Assembly: GCF_036971445.1 (NCBI RefSeq)
Contig: NC_091480.1
Location: 81,158,001 to 81,222,000, forward strand
From: Narcine bancroftii
Taxonomy: Eukaryota
Direction: 5' to 3'
Length of the DNA stretch: 64,000 bases
Below the pieces are notes generated by a model, which saw only the letters and a list, made by a program, of their open reading frames with translations, searched no databases and was not told where the DNA came from. Shown here piece by piece: positions 1 to 11,835 of the stretch. Numbering within the stretch: position 1 is the stretch's first letter; every line of letters begins with the position of its first letter. Both the position numbers and the translations under genes were made by a program.

Positions 1-1070
1 GATTCGCTCTCAGCAAAAATTGCCCAGTGCCTCTTACAGCCAGAGAAAGAGAAGCAAAAGAGAGCCCTTCCCCCTGCCCTCCCAGAGTCACTGCGTGTCC
101 ATAGATTCGCCTCTAGAGCTCCCGTGGCCTCCACAGCCACCTGGCCTTCAGTCCAAACCATTAGCAACCCGAGCTCCAAATGCACACACCTCTGACGTGA
201 TCAGGAACCTGGCACATTTTCTATTTGGACTGCTGATGTCAGGATAATCTCAGTGGATAAAAAGTCATGTGTGGGTGGGAGGGGCCAAGAACTCTGTGAA
301 GGTGGGAGAGGCAAAGAGAGGGGTAGGGGAAGAGAACATGGAGCAGTGGAGGTTTTAGTGGAATGTGAAAATGGAGCAAGTGATAGACGGGGTAGGGCCG
401 TGTAAATTTGAGTAACAGAGTATGGTATTCCTCCTGGTAACCCACAATGTAGTAGCATAAATACTGAATTTAACCTCATCTCAGTCTCGTTCCATTTTTG
501 CCACCTCTCTTTTACTTGATCCCATTCCCATTTTGCTCTTAAACCTTCCCCCAGAAGTCTCCTCCCTAACTGTCCCTCTACCCCTCCTGCCTTCTTTCAT
601 CTTGGATTCTTGACCCCTCCTCAGCACTCCTTGCCCTTTTTATGCCCTTTCCCACTTTTACTCTCCACAGGGGGTCACGACCGAAAACGTTAACCAATTC
701 TTCCTGCAGACAATGACCTGCTGAGTTCCTGCAGCTTCTCATTGCTTGCTCAAGATACCTGCAACAGCATTTCATGTGTTTCTCTGATCCCAGTGGGTTG
801 CAGAGCAACAGATTGGAGCTAGATATTTTGCCCTAGGAGTAATCTAGATCCAACTTCATACATTGTCACTCAGATTACCAGGATAATGTTTCTTCTGTTG
901 TCCAGTCATTCAACAATTGGTGCCACCCCATCTCAATGAAACACCAAATATAAGCAGACATCACTCGGGTGTGTCTTGTGTATGTGGCAGGCTCTCTGCC
1001 TTCAAGCTCATGCCCAGCCCTTGTGTCTTTCCTGTAGCCCAAACTTACATTTTGCTCTTTGATTTTTTAG

Positions 1071-1132
1071 GAGCCAATCCACTAGCCAAAAAACCAGCCA
1101 AGTAGTGAAGACTTCGGCCTTTGAATCAAAAA
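1071..1132 (+). CDS. Penultimate (tail) exon of an upstream type I keratin gene; the rest of the gene lies left of the window
   Basis: Acceptor tttgattttttAG and donor GTGAGT at 1133. 62 nt, phase 2 in and phase 1 out, the same as exon 7 of the downstream keratin. Encodes (x)SQSTSQKTSQVVKTSAFESK and joins in frame to 2626. Confidence 0.7.
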
Positions 1133-2625
1133 GTGAGTTTGAACCTTCTTTGTCATTTTGTCACAGCTGCATCACATGGTCGTGCTGAGACTGGTTGACA
1201 GCAACTGAGTGGAGAAGGGAAAGTGCTGGTGACCTTTAACTACACTGCACAGGGCTGAAGACATGCACCAAAATGACCCATGACCCCAGTCACTGCTCCA
1301 GTGCAGTTAAAGCACTTCAGCAATACAACATTGCTGTCACCGAGCCAGTTGGTAGAGTTGGCTATGAGGAGAATGCAGAGTGGTATCCGGGACGTTCAGA
1401 CACATTAAGTGAATGGGCTAGGACACAGCAGTGCATATTCCCTTTGACTTTGGGCAGCCCAGCAAGTGAAACAGTCTCCAAATGTGGGCTCAGCCAATCA
1501 GGTTGGAGATGAGAAAAGATTTCTTCATATGGTGTGCGTAAATCTTTGCAATTTGCTGCACTAGAGGGCTGTAGAGGCTCAACCACTGAGAATATTCGAA
1601 ATGGCATTAGATTTTTGGATATTGAAGGAATCCTGGGATATGGAGTTGATGCAAGAAAATGGTACTAGTTAAAAATGAGCCATGGTCTTTGTGACTGGGA
1701 GAGTAGGGATGAGGGACTGAATGGCCTTCTCTTGCTTCTTGCACTCCAATCAATGAGGAGGAGAAGCAACAGAGCGTCCCTTTGGAGACACTGAGTGTCC
1801 ATGGATTAATTTCCTGCATTTCCATAACTCCTATAGCCTGTTCCAGTGGCGACCCTGAGCTACTGGTTCCAAACCCCCAAAAAGATTGGGAAGTTGGTGA
1901 CACCCAAGATCCTACAGGAGCCCTGCTCACCATCGGCACCCTCTCAGATCCCGGTCCTGATACCCGTTCCCTGAGCCCCTCTCTGGTCCACTCCCATCTG
2001 GTATGCCATGTGCTGGTCCCTTCTCAGAGTGGGCGGGGTTGTTGGTGGGGGAGGGGGGGATGAGTTGCTCTGGAATCCTGCACCTTGCACTCCTTCCTTG
2101 CTGCCCTCAACCTTCATGGTCTGGACTGCAGAGCATGGCCACTGCCCTCTTGGGCATGGACCTCTGTGAATTTGCCAAAGTATAAAAAGAAAAACACCAT
2201 CTGGCCCTTCTACAGGCTGTTTAAAACCTGGGCTGCTCTTATAAGAGGAGATTGGATGAGTACATGGATGTGAGGAGGTGGGGGGGTTCTGTGCTGGGAA
2301 CAGGTAGGTGGAACTAGTGGGATTCACTTAAATTGGTGCGGACTAGAAGGGCCGATATGGCCTGTTTCCATACTGTAATTGTTATATGGTTATATAACTG
2401 GGCAGCAGGACCCTGCAGAGGAGGCCTGTGTCTCTGCTCCCTGCCCTCCTGATTCCACACCACAGCAGTGCTCTGTTCTTTACCCAGAAACCTGTCCCAC
2501 CAGAGAACAAAAGTTAGTTGAGGGTTGAAGTGTTAATATCATAAAATTTGACCTTCTTAACTGTTGTTTTATGTCTATCCTGGGCACGCATCTCATGAAA
2601 TGACTGATTGACAATGTTTTTAAAG

Positions 2626-2729
2626 GCCCTGTTGTTCAAACTACGCAGAAGACCTACACTGTTGTGGAGAAAATTATTAATGGAAAAGTGGTATCTTCAC
2701 AAATGGAGGAAGTTCAGATGGGAAATTAA
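2626..2729 (+). CDS. Terminal coding exon of the upstream type I keratin
   Basis: Acceptor tttttaaAG. Encodes SPVVQTTQKTYTVVEKIINGKVVSSQMEEVQMGN*, the typical type I keratin tail motif (T-x-V-E-x-I-x-x-G-K-V-V-S-S). Stop TAA at 2727-2729. Confidence 0.88.
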
Positions 2730-2825
2730 GCAAGACGTTTTCTTTTGGAAAAGAGCAAAAGGAATCTGCAGAAATGATAAGCACAGTTGCCAATAAGTTT
2801 CCGCTCTCTGTATCTCTGCAAAGTT

Positions 2826-2831
2826 AATAAA
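2826..2831 (+). terminator. Polyadenylation signal of the upstream keratin
   Basis: AATAAA about 100 nt after the stop codon. Confidence 0.7.
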
Positions 2832-3204
2832 AGCTTGGGAAGCGACGATCAGCCTGAGTAGCCTGTTTTGCATTCAGTCACCAGTCTTCACCATTGCACC
2901 CGTTCAAAGTAAGCAGAAGGCCAATCTGTCATGGAAAGCCAAAACCTTGCGAGGTTCTGCAGTTGAACGCTGTTAGGATTGGGGATGGGGTTTTGAGAGT
3001 GAAGCTTTCCTCTGTTGTGCATTTGGATGATTTGAAACTCATTCCCGGAACTCATTCTTTACTTCTGTGGTTGATTCCCATCAGTCTGCTGACCCTTTTA
3101 CCATTAAATCCTGGGGATTCTATGAAGAAAATGGCAGGGACTGGGGTTGGCGGGTGAGGGGGAGCTGAGAATCATGGTTTCACTGAGAGGGCTGGATGGA
3201 AGGG

Positions 3205-4020
3205 ACCTCATTTTCGTTTATTGTCGCATGTACTAATATGCAGCGATAGAGGTTGTTTTGCAAACAGAGTACGTACAGGGTACAAGTAAAACATAGTACA
3301 AAAATGGAGGATTACACAGAGAGACCAGTAGGTATGGAGCAAAGGCAGCATAATTTCTCAACCTTGGGTTTCATTCAAGACACTGATAACAGTGGGAAAC
3401 AAATTGTCCTTCAATCTGATAGTGCATGATCTCACACGTGAATCTTTTTTTCCCATTTGGAGGGAGGAAGAGAGTGTGGCTGGGATGTGATGGGCTTATC
3501 ATATATTGGCTGCTTTTCCAAGGCAGCAGGAGTTAGACAGAGGGGTGTGTGTGAAGGAGGGTAGAGAGGGTCGGGAGATGGAGTTGATAGAGGATAGGGG
3601 GTGTGTGTTTGTGAAGGTCTGAGCCACGTTCACAACCTTCTGACGTTTCTCGCGGTCTTGGATAGAGCAGTTCGTATCCCACGCAGTATTGGATGCTTTC
3701 AATGGTGCACCTGTAGAAGATGATAAGGGTGACATGGTGAATTTTCTCAGGCTTATGAGGAAGTAGAGGCGCTTTCTTGTCCATTTCATTGAGGTGGGTG
3801 GAGCAGGAGAGGTCGCTAGAGATGTTTGTTCCCTGGGAACTTAAAGCTGTGGGCAATCTCCACCTTAGCACTGTTGATGCGGACCAAGCAGTGAGAGAGC
3901 TCCAACCCTCTTCTGGAGGTCTATAACCTGCTCCTTGGCCTCACTGACATTGTGGGAGAAATTGTTGACCTGACACTCAGCCACGAGTTCCTCCATCTCG
4001 CTCCTGTGCTCCAGCTATGA
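3205..4020 (-). mobile_element. Degenerate Rex/Babar-type LINE, 3' part
   Basis: Minus-strand remnants RLYFLISLRKF, FYRCTIESI and QKVVNVAQT, plus the 3' tail motif tttattgtc. Confidence 0.7.
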
Positions 4021-4854
4021 CAGTCATGGATTTATAAATAGATTTGGACTGATCTTTGGCCAGATGAACCCAAATGAATACCCAGCCTTGCAAGGTCCCA
4101 TTGTTGAGGACATCCTCCAATTCGGAGTGAAGGGGTTGGGGAGGGTTAGGGAGAAGGCATCAGAAGATAGAGAAAACTAAAAAGAAACAAGATCCCACTG
4201 AGTAAAGGATAGATTACAAAAGTAAAGATCATAGCACACAAGGGCAGATAGTGAGCTTTTAGAGTGTAGAGAATCTGTGGAATTCTCTGCTTTAGGAAGC
4301 ACTTGAGAATGCCTCACTAAATGTATTTAAGGCACATTTAGATGCATTCATCCATGTATCTGTCCATTTTTTTTCTTAAATATTGCAGTAGTCCCTGCCT
4401 GAACCACCTCCTCCGACAGCCCGTTCCATACACACACCACCCTCTGTAAAAAAGATTACCCTTCAGTTCCTTTCAAATCTCTCTTCTCCTACCCTGTCTG
4501 CTCTTCCCCCTTTCCCATTCTTTGTCCCTTTTCCCACCCACCTCTACCCATTCTCAACCCCTCTCCTCTCCCCCATTTCTCCACAGGTTCCTCACACATT
4601 CTCCTTTCCTCCTCCCCCATCCACCCCTTCAGTTCCATCTGATTTCTCTTTATCTCACATTCTTTGTCTAATCATCTTCCTTGGTTCTTCTCAGAGGTGT
4701 ATCTAAGGAGGGGCACGTGGCCTGGGTGTCACTGAGCAGTTTCTATTAAAGATAGACAAACCAACCTCTGATGAGCAGAATTTTTGAGCACTTGTGCTTG
4801 TGCAACAACGTTGCTGCCACTAAATGGATCAAACTCTGGAGAACTGATGTGTTG

Positions 4855-4868
4855 GTTACCATGGGAAC
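4855..4868 (+). promoter_or_regulatory. Candidate RFX X-box upstream of the DNAH10-like fragment
   Basis: GTTACC-AT-GGGAAC, a near match to the palindromic X-box GTNRCC-N(0-3)-RGYAAC. Confidence 0.5.
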
Positions 4869-4985
4869 AGGAGCAAGTGCCGTGATCTCCATGGAGGCGG
4901 GGCTCTGGAACGCACCCAGGGTTCGAGGCCACGAGCTCAGCCATTAGAGCGCGGATCTGGTAGTAAGACATGGCCTGGTCCAGCC

Positions 4986-5165
4986 ATGACAATCGATGGC
5001 CCCCGCCTCAAGTGGCTCCGGGACCACTTTTACGAGGTGTTCGGCCTGAGCTAGCCCAAGTGTTTCGAGGAGCTGCTGGACAGCAACAGCGGGCTGCGGG
5101 TGCTCGTCCTGCGCCTTCTCAACGATACGCACGTTGAAGGTTGCCCATTCATCCTGCTGAACTGA
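4986..5165 (+). pseudogene. DNAH10: Disabled fragment resembling the N-terminus (first coding exon) of axonemal dynein heavy chain 10
   Basis: Translates as MTIDGPRLKWLRDHFYEVFGLS*PKCFEELLDSNSGLRVLVLRLLNDTHVEGCPFILLN*, with an in-frame TAG at 5052. Aligns by eye to the recalled human DNAH10 N-terminus MDDLRVLWMRDRVYAAFGITDPQLFEDLLNRDDGQGEDLILHFLNQASEEEGPSALF. CpG-rich in a CpG-poor neighbourhood. Confidence 0.7.
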
Positions 5166-5814
5166 GCCTCGATGGGTCAAGGCTGACTCCATGATCTTGC
5201 TCTGCTGAGTGTAGAAAAAGGAGTAACTGAAAAAATGGACTTTGATCTCATCATAGACCAATTTGCATCAGTGAGAGCAAGGAAGAAGCAGTTATATGTT
5301 AATTAAAAGATTAACGAGCTTGACTTGTATTTTTGAGATTATATTATGGTAAATTTATTTACAAGATGGGTGTCAGATGTGTGGACAGGGGCGTAATTTC
5401 AGTGCTTGCCATGGGCAATATTTTCCGTAGATACATCTGGTTCTTCTTGCCTCTCTCTCCCTTTCTCAGACATTTGCCTCCGTCTATCATTCTTCACCTC
5501 TCCCTGATCCACCAGGATCCCTGTCCCTCCCCTCTCACCCTGTACATTGACCTCTCTCTTTCCCTCCCACTGGTACTGTCCGACCCACTGAATTCCTCTT
5601 GCAGTTTGTGATTAGGAACATTACAGAATGTCCAACACAGAGTGGAGTTTGTTCACACACATCAGGTGACACCTCAGCTCCATGGATCATTTATCACACT
5701 AGAGGAAGCTGGTGTTTGTGGTGAACTGCCCTGTACATTCAACAGTGATAGTTACTAAAGACTCAGCAGAACCAGGAATCCTCTCTGTATATGCTGGGGC
5801 GAGATTCACGCAGC

Positions 5815-6355
5815 AGCTACTGACCCAGCAGAGCCTCTACTTCCTCAGGAGTTTGCGGGGCTTTGGCATGACATTGAAAACCTTGGCAAACTTCTACAGA
5901 TGTGTGGTGGAAAGTGTGCTGACTGACTGCATCAATACCCTGAAACCAATACCCCTGAGCATAAAGCCCAGTACATTACAGGCAAAACCCTCCCCACCAT
6001 CGATGGGGAACGCTGCCATCAGAGAACAGTAGCAATCGTCAAGGATCCACACTATCCAAAACATGCTCTGTTCTCATTGTTGCCATCAGGAAAGAGGTCT
6101 AGGTGCCTCAAGACTCACACCTTCAGGTTCAGAAACAGCTGCTACCCCTCCACCAACAGACTCAATTGGAGACTCATTTAAAGACTCTGACATTACACAT
6201 TATTTATAACTGAATATGGCACAGTTCGTTTACATTTCTTTTGTATATGTATCTTCTTGAGTACAGCTTTACTACATTACTGATAATTAAAAATTCTGCC
6301 TTGCCTGCAGAGAAAAGAACGTCGGGGATCTTTGTACTCTGACAATAAATTCGAG
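5815..6355 (+). mobile_element. Rex/Babar-type LINE 3' fragment
   Basis: LYFLRSLRGFGMTLKTLANFYRCVVESVLT remnant and a 3' tail ending in acaataaa. Confidence 0.75.
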
Positions 6356-6714
6356 CTTGAACTTCAACCTCCCAGATGCTGGGAGAGAGCCACTTTTGTA
6401 TGAAAGCACCGGCCACAGATCAGTGAAATGAAAATGTTGTCTGGCTGCGAGCTGCAGCCCTAGAAAGCTTGGGGAGCCAGTCAACACCACATGCCCTCTC
6501 TCCACAGGCACCTGGGCACCGAGCGATGTATCAGCAGAAGTGGGGAAGGCTCTGAGAAACACTCTCCACTTCATCTGAGCAGACAGAGCATCTCCCTCTG
6601 CTGGCAGGGGAGCACACCCATTCTGAAAGGATCCCAGTGAGGTCAGGCAACTCCTGCAAGCAGATGTTTGCCTCCAGGACCTCTGACTTTCCTGGGAAAA
6701 CTTTCCAGCGCATG

Positions 6715-7540
6715 ACATATAACAATTACAGCACAGAAACAGGCCAGTTTGGCTCTTCTAGTCCATGCTCTCCCACCTAGTCCCAATGACCTGAACCCAC
6801 CACATAACCTTCCATACCCCTCTCGTCCATATACCCGTCCAACTTTTCCTTAAATGTTAAAAATCAAGCCCGCATCTAGCACTTTGGCCAGAAGTTCGTT
6901 CCACACTCCCACGACCCTCTGAGTGAAGAAATTTCCCCTCATGTTTTCCTAAACTTTTCCCCCTTCAATCTCAATCCATGTTTGAATCTCCCCCACTCTC
7001 AATGGAAAAAAGCATTCACTCTATCTGTTCCCCTCATAATTTTAAATACCTCTATCAAATCACCCCTCAGTCTTCTATGCTCCTAGCCTGTTTAACCTTT
7101 CCCTGTAACTCAAACCCTAAAACCCAGGTCACATTCTTGTAAATCTTCTCTGCACTCTCTCTCTATTTTGTTGATGTCCTTCCTATAAGGAAGGGTGACC
7201 AAAACTGCACACAAGATTCCAATTTTGGCCTCACCAATGCCCTGTACAACAGAGTATTCAATATTCTGATTTATGAAGGCCAATATACCAAAAGCTTTCT
7301 TCACCACCCTATCTACATGTGACTCCACTTGCAGCGAATTATGTCCCAGAATTCCTAAATCCCGTTGATCTACTGCCCTCCTCATTTCTCTACCATTTAA
7401 CGTCCATGACCCTTGCTGATTGTTCCGACTCACGCTTCTCAGCATGAAACTCCACCTGCCATCTTTCACTCCATTCCTCCTATATCCCACTGCAAGCTTT
7501 GTAAACCTTGTTGTCCACAACACCACCAATCTTAATATCA
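6715..7540 (-). mobile_element. CR1 LINE 3' fragment
   Basis: Minus-strand CR1 ORF2 C-terminus QRDLGILGHNSLQVESHVDRVVKKAFGILAFI and YRKDINKIER. Confidence 0.8.
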
Positions 7541-7624
7541 TCTGAGATGCCTGCAGGGTCCCATGGACAGGTCCCCATCTCAGTCCAGACACATGAGCAA
7601 CTGGTCAGTGTCCTCACGAGGGAG

Positions 7625-8190
7625 ACTCAGAACTGGAGTGAAACGCGGAAGTCTGCCGGCGCTGCAATTGTAGTTAAGACACAAACATGCTGGAGGAACT
7701 CAGCCAGTCTCACAGCACTCATCGGAGATAAAGATACAACTGTCTCTTCAGGCCTGTGAGTCCTTCTTCAAGGTGTGAGTGAAAATCGGGAAAAGGACGG
7801 GGAAGAGGGGAAGTCAATGTTAAAAGTCAAAGTTGGAGGGTGCCTAGACAGAGGATGAGGGTTCCTCCAATTTGTGCGTGGTCTCAGTCTGGCTGTGCCC
7901 AAGACCATGGGCACACACGTCAGCAAGGCAATGGGATGGGAAATTGAAATGGGTTCCCCCTTCCACCTTCATCCCCCTGTCTCATTTCTATTTGTCTCTC
8001 TTTTCCCTTTTCCCTCCTTTCACGGAGCCAAAATCCAATCTCACCTTTCCTCCGATCATATCCCATTAACACCTTTTGTCTGTTGGTCTGGACTCCTCTC
8101 CCTCCCATTCTTCCCCAGTCTTTTTTGAGATACCTGCTTGCTTTTTGCTTCCACCTTGAAGAAGGGTTTAAGCCTAAAATATCAATAATA
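7625..8190. mobile_element. Penelope-like element remnants (pseudo-LTR pieces in both orientations)
   Basis: Contains the tgctggaggaactcagc and ttgaagaaggg...aaaa motifs shared with the Penelope copy at 35.7-36.8 kb. Confidence 0.5.
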
Positions 8191-8194
8191 TATA

Positions 8195-8640
8195 TTTTTT
8201 TAAAGATATTTTTATTGAAGCAAAATAGCCATATTTTTTATAAATGGATACACATAAGTGAAAAAAAAGCAAACGAACAAACAAAATGAACCCTCCCACC
8301 CATCACCCATAACCATTGTATGGTATAAATTTCTCCCACATACACAATTGAAAAATAGCAAAAATAAATTTCAATCAAGTAAGGTATGAGGTATTAATGT
8401 ATATTAATAAGGTATATATTACTACATTAAGCAGAGAGTTTGAGCACGGGAGGAAAAGTGTCCGTACCAGTTAAGTTGTAATGATGGTAAAGAGGCCAAT
8501 GAAGAGGCCTCGTAGTTTTTCATATGTTGCTGGGTTCCTATGCTTTACAAGATCTTTTCAGGGGTACTATAGGATTTTAACTCGTTTATTATTGCCTCTG
8601 TGAAGTAGGAGATTCGGATATTTCCCATTTGTGGCAATAT
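8195..8640 (-). mobile_element. L1 3' end (ORF2 C-terminus and 3' UTR), degenerate
   Basis: T-rich tail with tttattg. The frameshifted minus-strand translation resembles the L1 C-terminal W...PT...W...PLEKI pattern. Confidence 0.55.
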
Positions 8641-8689
8641 GTCTTTACCTTCTACAGACACCATGAGACCGCTGAGTTCTTCCACAATG

Positions 8690-9590
8690 TCTGTGTCAGA
8701 GACCCAATGTTGCCTCTTGCCCAGGAAACATCCACCAGCGTCTTCTGATCCCATCACCAAAGGCAGTGGGTGGCGTGGTGGGGAGCCAACGAGACCAACA
8801 GCGCAACGAATGGACGTCACTGGTTGGAGCAATGTTCGGAACTTGTAGGAAAGTACTGAGGTCAGTCCAGTCCAGGCCCATTACCGGATGCTGACTCCCT
8901 CGGCCAGAGATGCCCGGCAGGGCTGAGATATAATGCAGGAGAGAGGAGATGTAGTTGTCCAACCAGTCTTCTCGTGTTTGCCACTGCTCACCTACCAGGA
9001 GGGCAGAGCATTTCTTGCAGTGTGGAGGCAGTGCCTGAAAAGTCCACGGACATTTGTGCATCCTCCAAGATCAACAGGATTGTGACCATGTGGGGAACTC
9101 CACCCACATGGAGAAGGAGATACAGGAATGAGTTCAAGATTCCTTTATTGTCATGTAATAAAATATTACACAAAATTGCCTTTAGTCTTGCCATCAGCAG
9201 AAATTGCCAGGTGCCTCTTACAGTCAGAGAGAGTCCCCCCAGAGTCACCGAGAGTCCATGGATTTGCCTCCAGAGCTCCCACCTCCACAGCTGCACAGAC
9301 GTCACTACAAACCATTGGCAACCCAAGCTCTAGGTCCATGCAGATAGAATAGAACTGTGCAGACATGGTGCATTCCTGATACACTCCCTTTCCAAAACAA
9401 AAAGGCTTTTCACCAAGTACTCTGAGAGAGTGCAGATGACAGACCCAAGCCTGAACTTGAACATGCTAATATAAGCCATTTCTCTCATAAACTCACGGAA
9501 AGAATCGTCCTCTGAGATTCTCCGACTCTCCTTATAAATGAGGAATAATATTCTGGCCTTGTCCAATGCGCTCGCACACTATTAATATAT
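8690..9590 (-). mobile_element. Degenerate Tx1-clade (L1-Tx1) RT region, interrupted by a short insertion at about 9128-9300
   Basis: Frameshifted FCFGKGVYQECTMSAQFYSICMD (compare GRGVRQGCPLSGQLYSICVE) and FLGKRQHWVS. Confidence 0.6.
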
Positions 9591-9596
9591 AACCAC

Positions 9597-9850
9597 GTGG
9601 CATGGTTTGCGTAGCAGTTAGTGCTACACCTTTACAGCACCAGCTATCGGGTCCAGGGTTTGAATCCCACGCTCTCTGTAAGGAGTTTGTACGCTCTCCC
9701 ACGTCTGCGTCGGTTTTTCCCAGGGGCTCTGGTTTCCCTCCACTGTTCGAAACCTACTTGGGCGGAGGTTAATGGGATGTAAATTGGACGGCATGGAGCA
9801 GTGGGCTGAATGGTCTGTTACCATGCTGTATTTCTAACTTAAAAATTAAA
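9597..9850 (+). mobile_element. tRNA-derived, V-SINE-like SINE
   Basis: A/B-box-like head (gtggcatggtt...gggtttgaatccc), core tctgtaaggagtttgtacgctctccc, and an A-rich tail. Related copies lie at about 19.97-20.87k, 27.1k, 45.0k, 51.4k, 58.6k and 58.9k. Confidence 0.75.
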
Positions 9851-10487
9851 AATAAAAATTAATAATTCCACCACATGCAACTAATGCCATCAGACCTGAT
9901 TTAGAGTATTTTGTGATTTGAATATTTATGGCATTCATTTCAGTCAAAGGAGCATCTCCCTCCAAACCCAGGCTGGGGGTACAAGTCCAGTCACTTTCTT
10001 TGACTCTCTGTTGGGTCTCTGAGGGAATATCGCAGAGATTTCACAAAATAAATCACCTGGCCTCAGTCCCTGTGACAGGTCGAACCTATTCATGTGGTGG
10101 AGTTTTTACTGACAAACATCTTTCTGCATTCCTGTTCTGGGCAGAGAAAACTGGCAAACCACCAGATCCTGAGGCAATGACATCGATTCATGTCTCTTCT
10201 CCACAGTGTGACCCTCCCTCAGTACTGCCCTTTTTTTTGCCTTTTTGGTGGTAAATCAATACTGGCCCTTTGTCCAAAAGGGACGAGTACTGCATTTGTC
10301 TACAATTCAGACTATTCACACAAAACATGTTATAAATTGAAACGATTATCTCCATCAATACCATCAAACCCTCGAGAAGCCAACTGTTCCTGGAAACCCT
10401 CCAAAGTGCCCATGAGCACTGAGTGCTACTTTTTCAGGGATACATGGGTACACAGGTGCCTTCAGAAGAGAGGCAGGCAGTGAACTC

Positions 10488-10718
10488 TGTAGAGCGTGTC
10501 AAAAGAATCAAAGGCTTGTTGATCCAAACCAAGACTTTTATTAACTAAAAGACTGGATCATATCACATGTAGGTCGACCAGTCCAGAATGACCTGGTCTG
10601 GCTAGGAGCAACCCTTTAAGACCTGCCAGGAGGCGTGGCTACGCTCTCAGTCAATCACAGTCATCCTACCCTACAGTCTCTACATATACACATTGGTGAT
10701 GGAATCTGTACTATCACA
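10488..10718 (-). mobile_element. Solo LTR, about 231 bp (Gypsy-like)
   Basis: TG...CA termini (tgtagag...tatcaca) and a minus-strand AATAAA at 10537-10542. The flanks aactc/agccc are only a weak TSD. Confidence 0.55.
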
Positions 10719-11835
10719 AGCCCCAAGACTGCCCATTGCCTGGGCCCATGGTTGGCCATTTTGGTCAGGCCCAGTATCAGACTGATGAGGACAAATCTCG
10801 ACCAATCCTGGGTGCCCAAACATCAGAAGGGTGGGGCTAAAATGCAGACAAAGCTCAAGGAGCAACCCCCTTCAAGCATGCAAACAGGTGATGCACCTTT
10901 GCACACTCCATGTCTATATGAAACATGATCTGAACCAAGCCACTGAAATGACAGACGGCCAGTGAGCCCAAGAATCAACTCAATCAGTGACTCGGCCCAC
11001 CTCCTTCTCGCTTCATAGGATTTCCCCTCTATTTTCAAACTTGCTGTAATGGCCGAGATGTCATCGCTCCCCACCATTGTCTTTGTGGATTTTCCAAATG
11101 TGATAGTTGGGAACAGGTTTCATGACCGCATTCTCGGTTTCCAATGATGTGAAAGAGTTTCGGCCACAGGGAAAACTGAAGTTGTTGGCCCAGCACAACT
11201 CCTATAGGGCCCAGGTCTTTCAGAAGATAGGTCTGGAATTTTTATGAAAAGCAAACTAGACACTGATAAAACATTAATCCCAAATAGGGCCGAAGTCATA
11301 CTAGCACAATCCTTCTCAGAGCACACCATCCCGTATTCCTCACGTCGAAATGAGAGCCTGAGATGCAAGTCCTTTATCCAGACAATAGGATAGCAGTGTG
11401 ATGAACAGAAATTCTTAGATGCTTCGCACACTGGCTCCCTGGCAAACCGCCAATGCTTCCTGAACTCTTCGAAGGTGAGGTCGAAGCTCCCAGGCCTTCA
11501 AGATGCCATTGAAGAGTCATCAACAACTGACCACCAAGCTCATCAGTGATGAGCCTGTGGTAGAGACACCGATGTTAAATGTTTAACTAGCAAATTTGAT
11601 GAAAGAAAGTAGTTCTGTGGTGGAGTGAATCCACCCTGGCAACTTGCCTGCTAATTGCTTGAAGTGCAAAGTTGGAGACAGCAGAGATTTACTGACAAAC
11701 AACAGACTTCTTCTGAACAAGACATCTGCCTGAGTATTCCCACACCACATACACAAAACCACCTTTCGATTCAAATCCCATTTCTGTCATTGAAATCATT
11801 TCTCATTCACTGTCTTCACAGCGGTGCAGATCATA

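Noticed and set aside
2488-2512. Possible extra keratin mini-exon (KPVPPENK) with a good acceptor and a GTTAGT donor
   Set aside because: It is 25 nt; including it between 1132 and 2626 would frameshift the conserved tail.
4729-5261. Minus-strand ORFs of 87 and 105 aa
   Set aside because: They are antisense shadows of the GC-rich DNAH10-like fragment on the + strand.
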